DNA of 64,000 bases, from the NCBI RefSeq assembly GCF_023055435.1, contig NW_025963802.1, positions 17,546,001 through 17,610,000 on the forward strand, written 5' to 3'. The position numbers and the translations under genes were made by a program. Of the stretch, positions 1 to 12,919 are shown in pieces. The stretch is from Haliotis rufescens (Eukaryota). The notes under the pieces are model-generated. The model was given only the letters and a program-made list of their open reading frames with translations. It was not told the DNA's origin and searched no databases. The stretch's first letter is position 1. Each line of letters opens with the position of its first letter.

Positions 1-162
1 CAGTGATTGACACCATGAGCATCGATCCACGTAATTGGGATATGATGACTTGCATCAATCAAGTCAGCGAGCCTGACCACCCGATCCCGTTAGTCTCATA
101 GTCGCCATTTACGGCAAGCATGGATTCCTGAAGACATATTCTATCCTGCATCTTCACGGGTC
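1..162 (-). mobile_element. Short retroposon family A (5' part)
   Basis: Matches other copies: GACCCGTGAAGA...CCATGCTTGCCGTAA..GGCGACT. Confidence 0.8.
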
Positions 163-240
163 GCATGGTTTGTATCCTGGTCAACCCCAACTTCTCGTTA
201 ACGAGCTCATTTCTACTCATGCAAACTCTATTACTATAAG

Positions 241-660
241 GATAACGCTATTTTCAGGGCATTATCATTTGCAGAAGCCCGAGGTTTTCCATTAACTGAA
301 AAAACCGAGGGCTTCTGCATATGATAATGCCCTGAAAAATAGCGTTATCGTTATTATAGCTAAAATGGATGGAATTTGTTATCAAATAAAAAGAAACAAC
401 ATCGGTTTTGAAACATTTACAGCAATCAACACGAATGTCACTGACCCCATTTTACAAACATGGAAACGTCATAGAACAAACCAGATGACGTCACTTAATA
501 CGTGACGTCACTTTCTCTACCCTATGTCGTCACCTCACAACGGGCTTGATAATGGCCCGTCGTCAAGCAATATAAGGGCATTATCAAGTTACAGTGGCCC
601 GCTCATTTCTGATAACGTGCGGGCGGTTTAATGATAATTCTATCCATTTTAGCTATAATA
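241..660. mobile_element. Non-autonomous element made of two adjacent inverted-repeat modules
   Basis: 241-350 is a palindrome (GATAACGCTATTTT...AAAATAGCGTTATC). 353-660 is bounded by TATTATAGCTAAAATGGAT / ATCCATTTTAGCTATAATA. Confidence 0.6.
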
Positions 661-1025
661 CTAGACAACACTGACCCGAACAACAAGTTATGGTTGGAGA
701 TGTCCTTAACTACAAACACTTTTTTTATGACACAACATAAACAGACGCAAAAAAGAAAGTATGGTGGCTAAAAATGAAACGAACAGGAAATGGTTATCAC
801 ATGGTGAAATTTGATATCGGTGTCATAGGCGATATCACATGCATAATATCATAATATTCATACCATGTCAGAAAAGAAGTGAGAGTTTACGCCGACTTTA
901 GCAACATGGCAGCAGTATCATGTTTAATGCCATAACAATGGGCTGCACAAACTTACCCTTTATAACCAGAGATCTTAGGTGACGAGCCTACCCTTGAAGA
1001 GTACAAAAAAAGCCATATTTCCTAC

Positions 1026-1237
1026 CGTCATCATATTGGGGTCCAAGGAACCTTCTGAAGGGGATGAACGACTTCCCCCAAGTGGGGTTGTGGATGTTGT
1101 TACAGCTGCCGTCAGAAGTGCGAAATTTGTGTCGTTCGTCACAGATAAAGCTTCTGTTTGCACACATCCCATTGGCTCCAAGCATCAGGGTATTCATCAT
1201 GATGGCAGGGTCCATGGCTCCAGAGTAACCACGGAAC
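1026..1237 (-). CDS. Peroxidase A coding exon 3
   Basis: ttcag|G...GACG|gtagg, 212 nt; encodes [16 protein letters not shown]. Confidence 0.9.
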
Positions 1238-3424
1238 CTGAAGCATTGTCACACACTCTTAGTAATGAGCATTTTGTATTTTCCTGGATTTCTTTGCTCA
1301 TGTTTTATTTGCTGTGCTCATTCAACAAAAGTTCATTGGCCCTATTTTTACCTGTGTACTCAAAGGCAATTTTTAATATTATTTTCCACAACACACATCC
1401 AGTCTGTCCAGCGAAATAAAGTTGGTTTCTGCAAAGCTTCAATGAGTATTTGACTTGTGGATTTCAACTTCTTGGTGTTTTCAAGGGAACGTTTTGGTAG
1501 GGATGCAAGTAATTTTATGAATCCTGTACCGAAACGTCGCTTGATATTTGGTCCATCTGCTACATTATGTGAAGGCCTACTGGATATGCTGGTCGTGGTA
1601 TGTTGACTTCTAAGACGACGTATCGTGTTGTTTATTGAGGTCATATTCTTAATTTGGTTGTCCCATTAAGACAATTTCTATAGAAACATAGTCTTAGATT
1701 GGACCCTTTTTAAATAGACTACTCATCTGCGAAAGAGACCGACTATTTGATAATCTGGAGATAGAGGATGAGGGGTGGTGGGCTGGGATCTTGTAGCGAG
1801 ATCAGATTTTTTCAGCTACAGAAACAAAACGAGATATGTTTTTATTTAAAAGTAGGAGCCAGAATTTTAAGAAAAACATCTTGCAACAATGTAGTTTCAC
1901 AAGTAGTTTCTTCTTTTTTCAAAAGTTAGTACTTTTTTAAGAATTTTCGGGGATAATTTTCGATAACAACATTTTTCTTTGTGGTGGCAGTTGAAGGTCT
2001 TCTTGATCTTTGAACATCGTCGAGGCTCTTTCTAACCTTGAAACTCCGCCGTCCAACTCTTAACAGTGGCAAACGAAGGAGTATCGTCCCCTAAGGTTGA
2101 CACTATGTCCGCAAAGATGGCGGTCGGAGTTAGCCCTTTCAGCTTGAAATATTTTATGACAGCGCGGTTACCAATTTTCTTCATTTTCATCAACAGAGAA
2201 TACCTAACCACTTTAATGCCTGCAGAAACTTGCTGTTGAGGGTGTATTATAGCCACCTCGCATGGTGATCTGTCTGGTTCTTCCTATCCTCTGTTTAAAC
2301 TTTGCGTTGTGACGTTCTTTCTAACCCCAATGCAATTGTGAAAAGGAACAATCTATTCCAGTCTATCTTAGCAAGCAGTGTGTTGCCAACACAGAAGATT
2401 AGTCCTGTCAGTGATCGATGCTTTAATAGAGCTATTATGTACCTTAGAGTGTATGTGTGATAACCCTACCTTTTGATACTCCTTAATGTGTTGGACATGC
2501 GCTCCTGGTAGTTGTAGCCCAGTGCTCGAGCCCTTGGGCTGCTGCCCACAAACGCCGTGTGCATGGCTCTAGCTGATCTCCCGCCGTTCTTGTCCACATC
2601 TGGTACAGGTAAAGGAGTGAGTGAGTGATTTGGCTTTAACGACGCTTTCAAAAGTATTTCAGTTATATCAAGGCGTGTCAGCTTGATGTGACAGCGAATA
2701 CCGCAGTGAGTAAGGTACTGACAAATCTAGAAACAATCATGGCGAAACAGGGTTCGAACCTGAAATCACAAGTTTCTGAAGCATCAAAGGAACGCAACTC
2801 CGCACACCCATGTCCCCAATAGAATCATGTCAAATATAATCCAATATACAAACATACACCAGTATACTGCATATAGCCCCAAAGGCATGTATAACAGCTA
2901 TAATATGAGAAAGTTCTGTTGGATTTAGAGCAACAAACATATCTATACAATTGACTTAAACCATCCGCATTAGAAAGGACTAGTATATATAGATAGAGTA
3001 ATTCGCATTAGTATAACCACAATGAATATAATTTTGTTCAAAGCGGTACTTCTTATTTACGATTTAACTCAACCATTCTTAAAAGAAGTGGCAATACATT
3101 GCAAACATGCAAATATACGATTGGGCATATGTAACTATATCTTTAAAATGTGTTTCAATCGTTTCCAAGTATTTACTTCTTTACACAATCAGTTGAGGAA
3201 GACAACAGAGTGATTATATAAACTGCAACCTTATCATCGGGTTGGGAAAAATGTTTAATAATTAAAGGGATTAAAAGGCTTCACTTACCTGCGAACCGAA
3301 CATCGAGAGCGTGTTGCAGGGAATAACTCTCTCTTATCTCCTTCGATGTCTGCGATGACACCCATCCAAACAGTCCAATTACAACACACATGAACAAGCA
3401 CACGTGGTGGTACAACGTGTCCAT
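1026..3424 (-). CDS. Animal heme peroxidase-family gene A, 5' part; coding exons 3424-3289, 2599-2470, 1237-1026; continues beyond the left edge of the window
   Basis: Manual splicing with GT/AG sites and phases 1,2,1 gives [25 protein letters not shown] (signal-peptide-like)...[17 protein letters not shown]...[40 protein letters not shown]. The last part is the classic RTxDGxCNN..P.WG...Y.DG start of the peroxidase-cyclooxygenase domain. Confidence 0.88.
1985..2200 (-). mobile_element. Mariner transposase N-terminal fragment
   Basis: [42 protein letters not shown], a mariner HTH region. Confidence 0.75.
2470..2599 (-). CDS. Peroxidase A coding exon 2
   Basis: cag|...AG|gtaggg, 130 nt. Homologous to gene B exon 29638-29764 (SARAxHTAFxGS..xARALG). 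Confidence 0.82.
3289..3424 (-). CDS. Peroxidase A coding exon 1 (signal peptide)
   Basis: ATG at 3424, hydrophobic N-terminus, donor G|gtaagt at 3289. An upstream acceptor (cag at 3504-3506) implies a 5' UTR intron. Confidence 0.8.
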
Positions 3425-3699
3425 AGTTACAACCGGTATTTACTTTTTCTTTGGCCCAGGTGTTTATCCGTGTAAATCACGCTGGACAAGGATTAACACC
3501 CACCTGTAAATAGATATTTCAGTTTAATGATAACTTTTGTTTGTTTTTTGGTTTTTTTAATGCCGCACTCAACAAAATATTTGAGTCTCAGTCAGATAAT
3601 CCTCATCACCCGATCCGGTCAATTGCCTCTCACGAAAAGCTTAGGTTTTTGGAGAAGAATTCTAACATGGATCTTCTAACATAGGATTAGCTTCTCAGG

Positions 3700-4890
3700 A
3701 AAGAACCAAGTTGAATTCTGTTAAAATATGTAACTTTGTAAACCACTATCCCACATGACAAAATTACGGGAAACGTCTTTCTTGATCAATCCTGCAGCAA
3801 CTCTCACAACTGTTATATCTCTGCTATATTTCTGTAACGCTGTGGTTTATGGCCTCACAGAACATTTCATCAACAAACTACGACGAGAACAAAACTCAGC
3901 AGCACGAGTACATATAGTAACTCACAAACGAACGTTTGAGCACGTCACGCCAGTCCTAAAGCCCAACACAGGCTGCCAGTCATAAGCGTACATCTTCCAG
4001 AAAGTTCAGTTTCCACCCTTGCCAAACTAGGCTGGAATTCCTGTGCTCGATCGTTCTATGCCTCTCCTATGGACAAATCAGATTCCACCTCTCGTATCAC
4101 TTGCATTTGCTCTAAACAAAATGGCGGCGCCCAGTCAAAACGATCCTGATCGATAATCAAGATCTAAATTGTGATAAAACGGATCTTACATCGCGAAGTG
4201 CATCAGATCACGGGAGCATCTTGATTAAAAACATGAAAAGATTTGGGAAATATCTGTTGACACCGAGTTGGCGGTGCACATGCTTTGTAAATCCTGCAAT
4301 CGATCGACGATCGTACAACGGTTTACAAACCGGATTTCGATTTCGTTGCGCGATTTTGATTGGACTATGCATAAACTCGTTAGTCCAGCCAAAATGTAAC
4401 TCATAATACCAGCCTAGTTCGGCAAGGGTGGAAACTGGACTTTTATTGTCAGTTAACTCTCTTGCCCCGGGAAGATGTCAGCGTATTGCTTTTAAACAAC
4501 TTGTGGTTCTGTTTAAGTCCTCCACGGTCTGGCACATATGTACCTCCCTGATCACTCTCAGATCACCGTGTGGGGACTCCTACCAGCCCCAACGATCACA
4601 GAGATCGTGTGATCAAAACATGGGCATCATGTGCAATCCAACACCAAATTTCGTGCGGGGGGGGGGGGGGGGGTGCCTTCCTGGCTGCAGGCGAATACCT
4701 GTGGGATAATCTGCCTCTGAACTTTCGCTCAATTCAGGAATTTACCACCTTTAAGACCAAACCGAAAACATGTATCTTTGAGCAGGCCTATGAAGTCTAG
4801 AGACCTGATCGATGTGTCTGTCTTGACATAACCAGACTCAAAGCGCCCTGGGGCTGAAGTTTACTTGACATTAGGGCTATACAAATTATA
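3700..4890 (+). mobile_element. Decayed 3' end of a CR1/L2-group LINE, split by a MITE
   Basis: FCNAVVYGL..FINKLRREQNSAAR...EHVTPVLK, then AF..AG..LWDNLP...FKTKPKT.IF. Confidence 0.75.
3991..4477. mobile_element. MITE with long TIRs (CATCTTCC...GGAAGATG) and 8-bp TSD
   Basis: Subterminal inverted repeat AGTTTCCACCCTTGCC; flanks TAAGCGTA/TCAGCGTA. Confidence 0.8.
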
Positions 4891-5450
4891 GTTATGATTT
4901 GTTAGTTTTGCAAATATCATATACAACATCCGTTTCTGTATCTCACACATCTGCTAGAGAAGCCAGTACGATTTTGATTTTCTCAATTGTTGGGACTCAT
5001 TTCTGTAAACTACCAATATTTTAAGAGCATTAATATCAAAATGTTGCCAACAAATTCAAATAATTCTTCCCTACATGACACTTAGCACTAAATGATGGAT
5101 ATATTTGATGAGGGACTGATTGATTGATTTGTTATATTTCTGATTAAGGTAAAAGTTCAAACAAAATTGTATCCGATGTAAGAGGGAAAATTGATATAAA
5201 AGGAACATTTCAAATTGTTTTTTACAAGTTATTTCTTCTCACTTCTCGGTAATCGACGGAAATTTACCGGGACAATATATCGAATGTAAATCTATCTCTG
5301 ACTTCATTACACTGAACATGTTGAAGTCCATGGTAGTTGGAGAATTCTGTTTGATTTGAATGCAATAATTATGGAATAGGGGAATGACACAAATAATGAT
5401 AAACAAAGTGAATTTGCATTATTTCATTGAAGCAATGTTACCCCAGGCTG

Positions 5451-5712
5451 GACCCGCGAAGATCCGGGGTAGAAAAGGTCTTCGAAAACCCATGCTTGCC
5501 GTAAAAGGCGACTATGCATGTCGTAAGAGGCTACGAACGGGATCGGGTGGTCAGGCTCGCTGACTTGGTTGATGCATGTCATCGTATCCCAAATGTTTGG
5601 ATCGATGCTCACGATTTCCATCACTGAAATATCTGCTCCAGACACGATTATTTACAGATCCCCGTCAAATAGCTAGATTATTGCTGAGCGCTGCGTTAAA
5701 CAACAAACAAAA
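5451..5712 (+). mobile_element. Short retroposon family A, full length
   Basis: TSD TACCCCAGGCTG on both sides; AAAC-type tail. Confidence 0.88.
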
Positions 5713-5937
5713 TACCCCAGGCTGACAGAATACCTCGACCCTCGTTGTTTTCTGACGTAGTTAGGACGTTTTCAGTTCGTGATTTTTTGCTGACTGAACA
5801 GACGTTGCCACTCTAAACTTACAATCGCTTCAAAACATGTGCTTGATACTGAGTAGTAAACACCGGGTTTGAATGAAGGTGTATCAGGGATCCGTTTTAC
5901 CACGTCTTTCTCTCTTTGTGTCGCAGGGGGCTGTGCA

Positions 5938-5986
<49 letters not shown>
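5938..5986. repeat. (AGT)n microsatellite
   Basis: Perfect trinucleotide run. Confidence 0.95.
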
Positions 5987-5987
<1 letters not shown>

Positions 5988-7321
5988 TATGGAGAGTTAT
6001 CGCCATTTGGGACAAAAACATTTGCACGTTACAATGTTCTTTCATGACTGAAACAAGTTGCGGCATTACAAATTATTTGACACGTAGTTTGCTTGCCGTC
6101 ATATATACAATTGTGAACGTCTTGTAGCATAAGGGCTTCCCTCACCACATCACATCATGTTTGCTTTCCGTCATTAGTACAATTGGGAACATCTAGCATA
6201 AGGGCTTCCCCTCCCTGAGTCTTAAGGCTCAGGATAAGATCCGATTCAGTTCGATATATTGAGGCTGGTATGAAAGGGAGGTATCACGTCCAAAATCGAG
6301 GGGGTAAAGCTCGCTCTGGTGAGACTGGAAAATACGTCGTTTTGACGGATGTTTTCTGAGGAGTGAACAATTGGGAGATACGGGTAGCGTCTCAAAACTA
6401 AAGTGGGGGCACGCTTTGTGCTAATGGTATATGTGAAGGCATATATAAAGTTTATTTCAAATGAATAGCACACAGGCAGTCTCATCAGCAAACTCAACGA
6501 GTGTTGGTTGGCCTATCTGTAGTTGGTCTTTCAGGAATTGGAATCTGGCCTCTCCGTTGCGGTTTCTTTTTCTAAACATCTTGTCCCCTGTCTCAGACTG
6601 TACTTGTAGTGTTGCGTTGGTCTTCGTTCTATTTTCAGAAATGTAACAAACTCGTCCAGACCCCGGTAGGCCATAGATACGGTTTTCTTCAGATAAAATA
6701 TTGCCATATTGGAACCTATTAATATTCATGTTGTCGAAGGTCGTGCAGATATCCTACGTGAGACATCCATGTGGAAAAGGCGACCAACCTCAAATCAGGA
6801 GCTGCACAGTTCCAATTCCCGCTACTTTTGTGCTCATCATGGGGTACCGCACACCGAACCTCAGTGCGCTGCCATGTGGCCCAGGATGTCGGAGAGGGAT
6901 GTAAGGTCCTTAAACATTCATGCCTAATTCTGAGCGTTTATCAACATTTTAACCTTCTCTGATCAATGCAGTACGTATCAATCTTTAGAGGAGGCATTTA
7001 AGAACACAGTTACATTCTTACCTTCCTCATGGCACACGTCATATTACCTTTCGTACGGTACAAATGCCTAAGCAGCAAGCGTACCTCTGACTTCTGTCTT
7101 CACACAAAGTACTGTAAAGCTTGTAACGAACGATTCTGCTCATTCAAACACAATACATCATTTGTTTAAAACAATGGTTGGAAAATATGTCCATCCACAC
7201 TTTGATATGCACCTCGCTTGGTTTTTAATGTCGAAAATGGTTTAAGCCTCCCCTTATGACTAATGTTGTCTGATTGACTGACAATACAATAGGCGGAGCT
7301 TATGTTGCGTTATTGGACTGG

Positions 7322-7589
7322 GTCGTTGGTTGGTTGGTTGTTTAACGCCGCAGTCTGCAATATTCAAGCTATTTGACGTCGATCTGTAAATAATCGAGTC
7401 TGGACCAGACAATCCAGTTATTGATATCATGAGCATCGATCCACGCAATTGGGATCGATGACAAGCATCAACCAAGTCAGCGAGCCTGAACACCCGATCC
7501 CGTTAGTCGCCTCTTACGAAAAGCATAGTCGCCTTTTACGGCAAGCATGGGTTGCTGAAGACCTATTCTACCCCGGATCTTCACGGGTC
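7322..7589 (-). mobile_element. Short retroposon family A, full length
   Basis: Near-consensus copy with (AACC)n tail. Confidence 0.88.
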
Positions 7590-8419
7590 CGTAATGGCAC
7601 TGAGCGATGCCACTGATTTCGTTCTTTTTCTACAGTTTTTTTATCTGTTAATTGAATAAGCTGTCTGTGAAGTTTTTATTGTGAACGTATTAATTTATGG
7701 TAATTGTCTTCAATATATATTTGCGTTTATAAAGTCACAAACGTTACAACCAATGTGCACAGTTTCCGCTACGCAGACCTACAGTTGGCACACCGGTGTT
7801 TTACGTATATACCTCCATAAACGCAACACTATTGAAGTCAATTCTTAAATATTCAGGAACTGTCTTAGATAATGTTGAAGACGGGATCTTACGGATTTCA
7901 CCTTCTGTTTTCTATTCTTTCAATACGACGATTCAAAACAGACGCTGGTGTCGTTGTCTAGCGTGTGTTCTTACCGTGACGTAAACGTTTACCAGTAGAT
8001 CCTCGTACAGGGTGATGATGATGTGTGCCCCCTGCTGGACCGAGATAGGGAGGTGTTTTCCCCACAGAACCCTTCCAAGATTATCTTGAAAAACAATACA
8101 TATAAAAACCACACTGCGTGAGTGTGCTGATATAAAAGGCTGGCCAAACAATCCACGTATCAAAGGCAAACAGTTCATTAACTAAGCAGCATTGAGACTT
8201 TGCCATGACCCTGGAATGTCTTCTGATGGCCCCATTGTGATGCCAAAGACTTAATTTGCAGGTTATTCCCTTTGATATTGTGATGCTAATCATGTTGAGC
8301 AGTGGTCAATACCCGGCAACTGCAACCTTGAGGAACCAGGGTTGAAGAGGACAGCACCAGTATGCACCAATATTCTTGACCATGCATATACGTCATTACC
8401 TCTGATTCATTGAAGAGAG

Positions 8420-8980
8420 TTATTACAAAGTCTAAACCTGACACTGCACTTGGGCATGATGGCATTCAAAATCGGTAATGGAAACTGTTTCCCTCTGTCC
8501 ACAACCATTTAATGAATCGTGTTAACCTGATTTTGGACACGCGGAAGTTCCTCAATTGTTATGCAAAGGACGTACAGTACTCATTTCCAAAAAAAAAGTT
8601 ATCAGACTGACCCCCAAACATACCCATTACGTGTATCAACACAATTTACAAACTTTTACAAAGTGTCTTACAGAAAAGGTGTCAAGGTATTGCTCTTCCA
8701 ATGACATAATCTACTTGGAGTAGGAGGGAGCAAGGAATTGTTTTGGGGATGCAACGAAATGCATATGACTCCATCCATCATGGATTGATCTTGAGGTCAC
8801 TGCGGTGAATTGACCATCATGAACGTTGATTATTTTACTCAAATCTTTAATAAGTTGCTGGTCCAAGACAAATATTTTCCATGCATTCCAAGAAAAGGAC
8901 CACTGTACAGCAACTCTGTTAAAGGATGGAAATATACCCCGTTTCAGTGCGACATCAATCACAAAAAACAAGTTGCTAAC
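8420..8980 (+). mobile_element. Decayed non-LTR reverse transcriptase fragment (possibly R4/Dong-like)
   Basis: Across frameshifts: GHDGIQN.WKLF, PITCINTIYKLLQSVL, WIDL. Confidence 0.5.
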
Positions 8981-9499
8981 AATGTACAAGACGTATTGTG
9001 ACGAGACGAGCATTGACACGACTGACAGTATCTAATCACTCGGGCGGTGAGATCTTGTACGAAATTTCATAACAGTGAGTGAGTATTGGTTTACGCCACT
9101 CTTAGCAATATTCCAGCAATATCACCTCACACATTGCACACACAAAATTAGTACCGCTTCAATCATCCGCGTAATAATTGCCTGTGTTCTTTGGACTATT
9201 TGTAATCAATTTGATCTTGAAAATAATAGACAACCGCTCATTCTAGCGAGAGGTTCAATGCAATAACATTTTATTGCCTTGGCGGAGTAGATTGTATTGC
9301 CTCTAGAATATAGCCTTCGGCCTTTATGGAACTTTGGTGTTCTTTCAGTTGTCATATTGCTCCATGCTTCAGTGATCAAGAGCAAGCATACATTTTATTG
9401 TCAATAGGTCATGATGAACAGCACAACAATTCTGTATTAAAGTAACATTAATGATACTCAGCAGACTTAAGACACTCACATAACACCTCATTGAAGCAT

Positions 9500-9800
9500 T
9501 GCGTTGGATTCATTTTTAAGGCCATGTCAGCGGTCATTTTATTCTGTCAGTGCTTTACAAGACATTCGGGGAGGTTCCTCCTCAGCGAGGCAGGACTTGA
9601 TCAACATTATTCTCGACCTTTATAATGAATTAAGTAAAGATGTTGAATTTTCATGGATGCCTGCTCATGTTGGACTACTTGGAAATGCCAAATTGCCAAC
9701 AGCTCCTTTAGACTAGTGAATGAGAACGGGATGAGACAATATCCCCTCCTCCTGCAGAAGTTCAAAATATAATTCTTGCTTGTATTTATGCCTGTGGCAG
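9500..9800 (+). mobile_element. RNase H fragment of an I-group LINE
   Basis: SALQDI...VEFSWMPAHVGLLGN matches W.P.H.G..GN. Confidence 0.7.
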
Positions 9801-11132
9801 TTTCTCTAGTTTAGAACATTTTTAGAAATTTAGCAAATCTTAATCATGGTCGACGTGTAAATCGGCGTCGTTGCCCGAACACCTGTAAAACTTTCAATGA
9901 TCAATCATTTATAAAACAAACGTGTGCTGTCTACTTTTTATATAATATTTACGCTAAATTTTCTGACGACTGTGACGACCTGCGTGATTTACAGCGCATC
10001 TCAAAACATCGACCGTGACATGTACAGTGGTCGTATAGTACAAGTTGCCTTTTCACATTTCAAGCAAATGCAACATTAAACATTTGGGAACCAATATTTT
10101 GGCAACTATCAATGAAACGTGATAGTTTTCTATATTCTGTCAATGGATCATAGATTATTTAAGAATAATTAATGGAGGTATTTACAAACAAAAATGGAGT
10201 GCACACTTTGCGTACATAGAAGTCAGTTCTTATAAATAAATCAGTCAACAATAATAACTTCAAAGTGTTTTAACCATTTATAGGGCATGGTCTTATTGTT
10301 TTAGGTTTATGGGATAACAAACCCAAACAAAATCATTGCTGGGTTAGCCAATCAAAAGCCAAGGCATATAATCTCTTGCAATTTATTTGACTATATCATG
10401 TGGTGTATGGTGTTAATATTATATTGTAAGCAGCACACGGAGTTTTTAATCAGCTTCATGCAGATAGTTTTTTTGGGTGTATCATAGCGTTCACCATTTT
10501 CAATATTGCAGTAATTTATTTGCGCATTTTCCGGTATGTTTCATGAATCTCCATGCAAATGTTGATACAAGGATAAAATCACAAAAACTATTTAACAACA
10601 TTCAATGATATAATTCATTGCGAAACCAGTGGTGTACGTTCTGACGTCTATAAAAAAAATATGTAATCTTTCAGAAATATTTACAGTGGTCTCGGGATAC
10701 TAGTATGCTCACGGTGAGTTAATTGTGGTACACAAGTGATCACGTAATATATGATTTTTTTAATTTGAAAGGTATTTGAGTTTTAACTTGTTTTGTTCAC
10801 ACTGACCATCGGTGACCATGTGCACATAGCAATTGCACATGGCAACATAGTCATGGTTTCCATTGTTCACTGTGAACGTTATGACAAAGTCATAATAGGT
10901 AAGGCGTTCTGCAAGTTTTATCGCCGTTACACTACGGCCCCACTGATGTCTGTATCACAGACATAATTTAGTCCGTGACTGAATTGTAAATGAAAACACA
11001 AATTATTAATGATATTTCTGCTTGGTCGATTGTCAAGCGTGAAGAGGTTCACATTGACACGACTGAAAAAACAGTATCTAATCACTCGACCGGTGACATG
11101 TTACGCTAGGCTACCCCACCGCACCCGTATAA

Positions 11133-11584
11133 GGCCTCAGACCACAATGAATTTCCTTCTTTGCTATCTATAGTGACATGGCAGCCCACCATAATTATTA
11201 TCAGTCGTAGGCTGTTCTCCTGTTGCATGCTGACCAACCTGCCACTTGTCACTTAAAACGCAAAGTATTGGCCAACATCCACCAGCTTGCTTTCGCAGTA
11301 ACCACTGTCAACAATGCTCACCGGAAGTTTCGAGCCGAAACACACACAGCGGCCTTCAAATTGGGGTCAAATCATGGGAAGCTTGAATCAATACCTTCAC
11401 ATATTGTGGCTAACAAAACATTGACAGGAAACTACAATGTCTAATCTTTCATTTATGCTATCACAAGTCACTCCCAAAAAATTGCCACATGCTGAACAGC
11501 ACATTTAAATAGGGCACTATATTCTCCTATTTTCCTTCCGGTTCATGGTAACACTTAGGTTTGGGGTAACTGTGGTCTGAGGCC
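11133..11584. mobile_element. MITE with 14-bp TIR
   Basis: GGCCTCAGACCACA / TGTGGTCTGAGGCC. Confidence 0.6.
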
Positions 11585-12919
11585 ATAACAGTGGATTTCC
11601 CGTCAAGGCAATGACTAGCTCCAGTAAACATGGAAGCAACGCTGTGCGAATGGCACTAACGTGAACAGAGTCATGATATTAGCAAACAGCTCGGACCCCC
11701 ATGTCCTTACGCTAACAAAGAGAAGACGTGTTTCCCAAGTTTGCAACAAACTGCAAAACGTGGAATCTTTCGATACAATGCGCACCAAGGAAAATAGTGC
11801 ATTGTCACTGTTGACTGTGTGAAGAATGTCTTGCTTGTCAAAGGAGACATGAAAATAACACAACAGACATGTAAAGTGTGCCTGAGTCGCTCAAAATTAT
11901 TGCGAACAATATTTATCATGTCATTTGTTTTATGCGGATGTAAACCAAACAAAGCCTCATTTAAAGACCGTCTCAGGGTCGTTTCTCAAGGGATGTCCTT
12001 TCGGGGATACGCCACTGCATCGTGATTACATGCAGTGTTGAACAGAATAGTAACCAAACTGTCTCCTTTGCTTGGACGAAGTCTGCTGGCTTTAAAAATG
12101 AAACGGAAGGATTTGTTTTTGCTGCTAAAGACAAGTCTTTTCCAAACCGCAACTGTCAGGCTGTGATTTTTAAATAAGTTGTAAATAGTAGGTTACATAA
12201 ATAATTCAGAGAGACTGCACCTTGTCAGTGGATGCCCTGCTTTGGCACTAACAGAAAATTGGTGCCACTTTGAACAGCAGTCCATTTCTATCAGGGCATT
12301 TCAGCTTGTTGTGGGAGGTTAGCCCGAAGTGATGCAGATCTCAGACGTTTACCACTTCGGTGAAACCCACAAGTACGGACAAACCTACAAACATAATCCA
12401 GGCAAATCTGGATTCGAACCCACAGTCATAGTTTTCTGGTGTGTACAAGGGACGCAACTCTGTTGGTTTAGAGTTAGGATCGGTATGTGTTAGTCAAGAG
12501 TTCAACCTCGGATATTGGCTAGGTATGTTGTCCTGATAGGTTTCGCCTGGACATTGCAGTCCCACCACTGATAATATACTTCTTTAACATCAGGAAAGAA
12601 ATTATTATGTGGACTAACAGATGAACGAGTGCATTTGAAGACAACAGATATTCCAAATCATAGCCCGGAATGCCAATCATCCGCGTACTATTTGGACTAT
12701 TTTTTAATCTGTTTGATCTTGAAATAATAGCCCAACCGCTCATTCTTGCGAGAGGAATGCAATTACATTTTATTGCCTTGGCGGAGTAAATTTTCTTGCC
12801 TCTAAAATATAGCCTTCGGTTTTTGTGGAACTTTGGTGTTCTTTCAGCTGTTTATTTCAGTTGCCATATTGCTCCATTCTTCAGTGATCAAAAGCAAGCA
12901 TACATTTATACAGATCCGA

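Noticed and set aside
979-1419. 146-aa plus-strand ORF
   Set aside because: Antisense shadow of peroxidase A exon 3.
1495-1545. Hammerhead-like CCGAAACGTC (Penelope-type) motif
   Set aside because: The CUGANGA core is absent upstream; at most a truncated repeat remnant.
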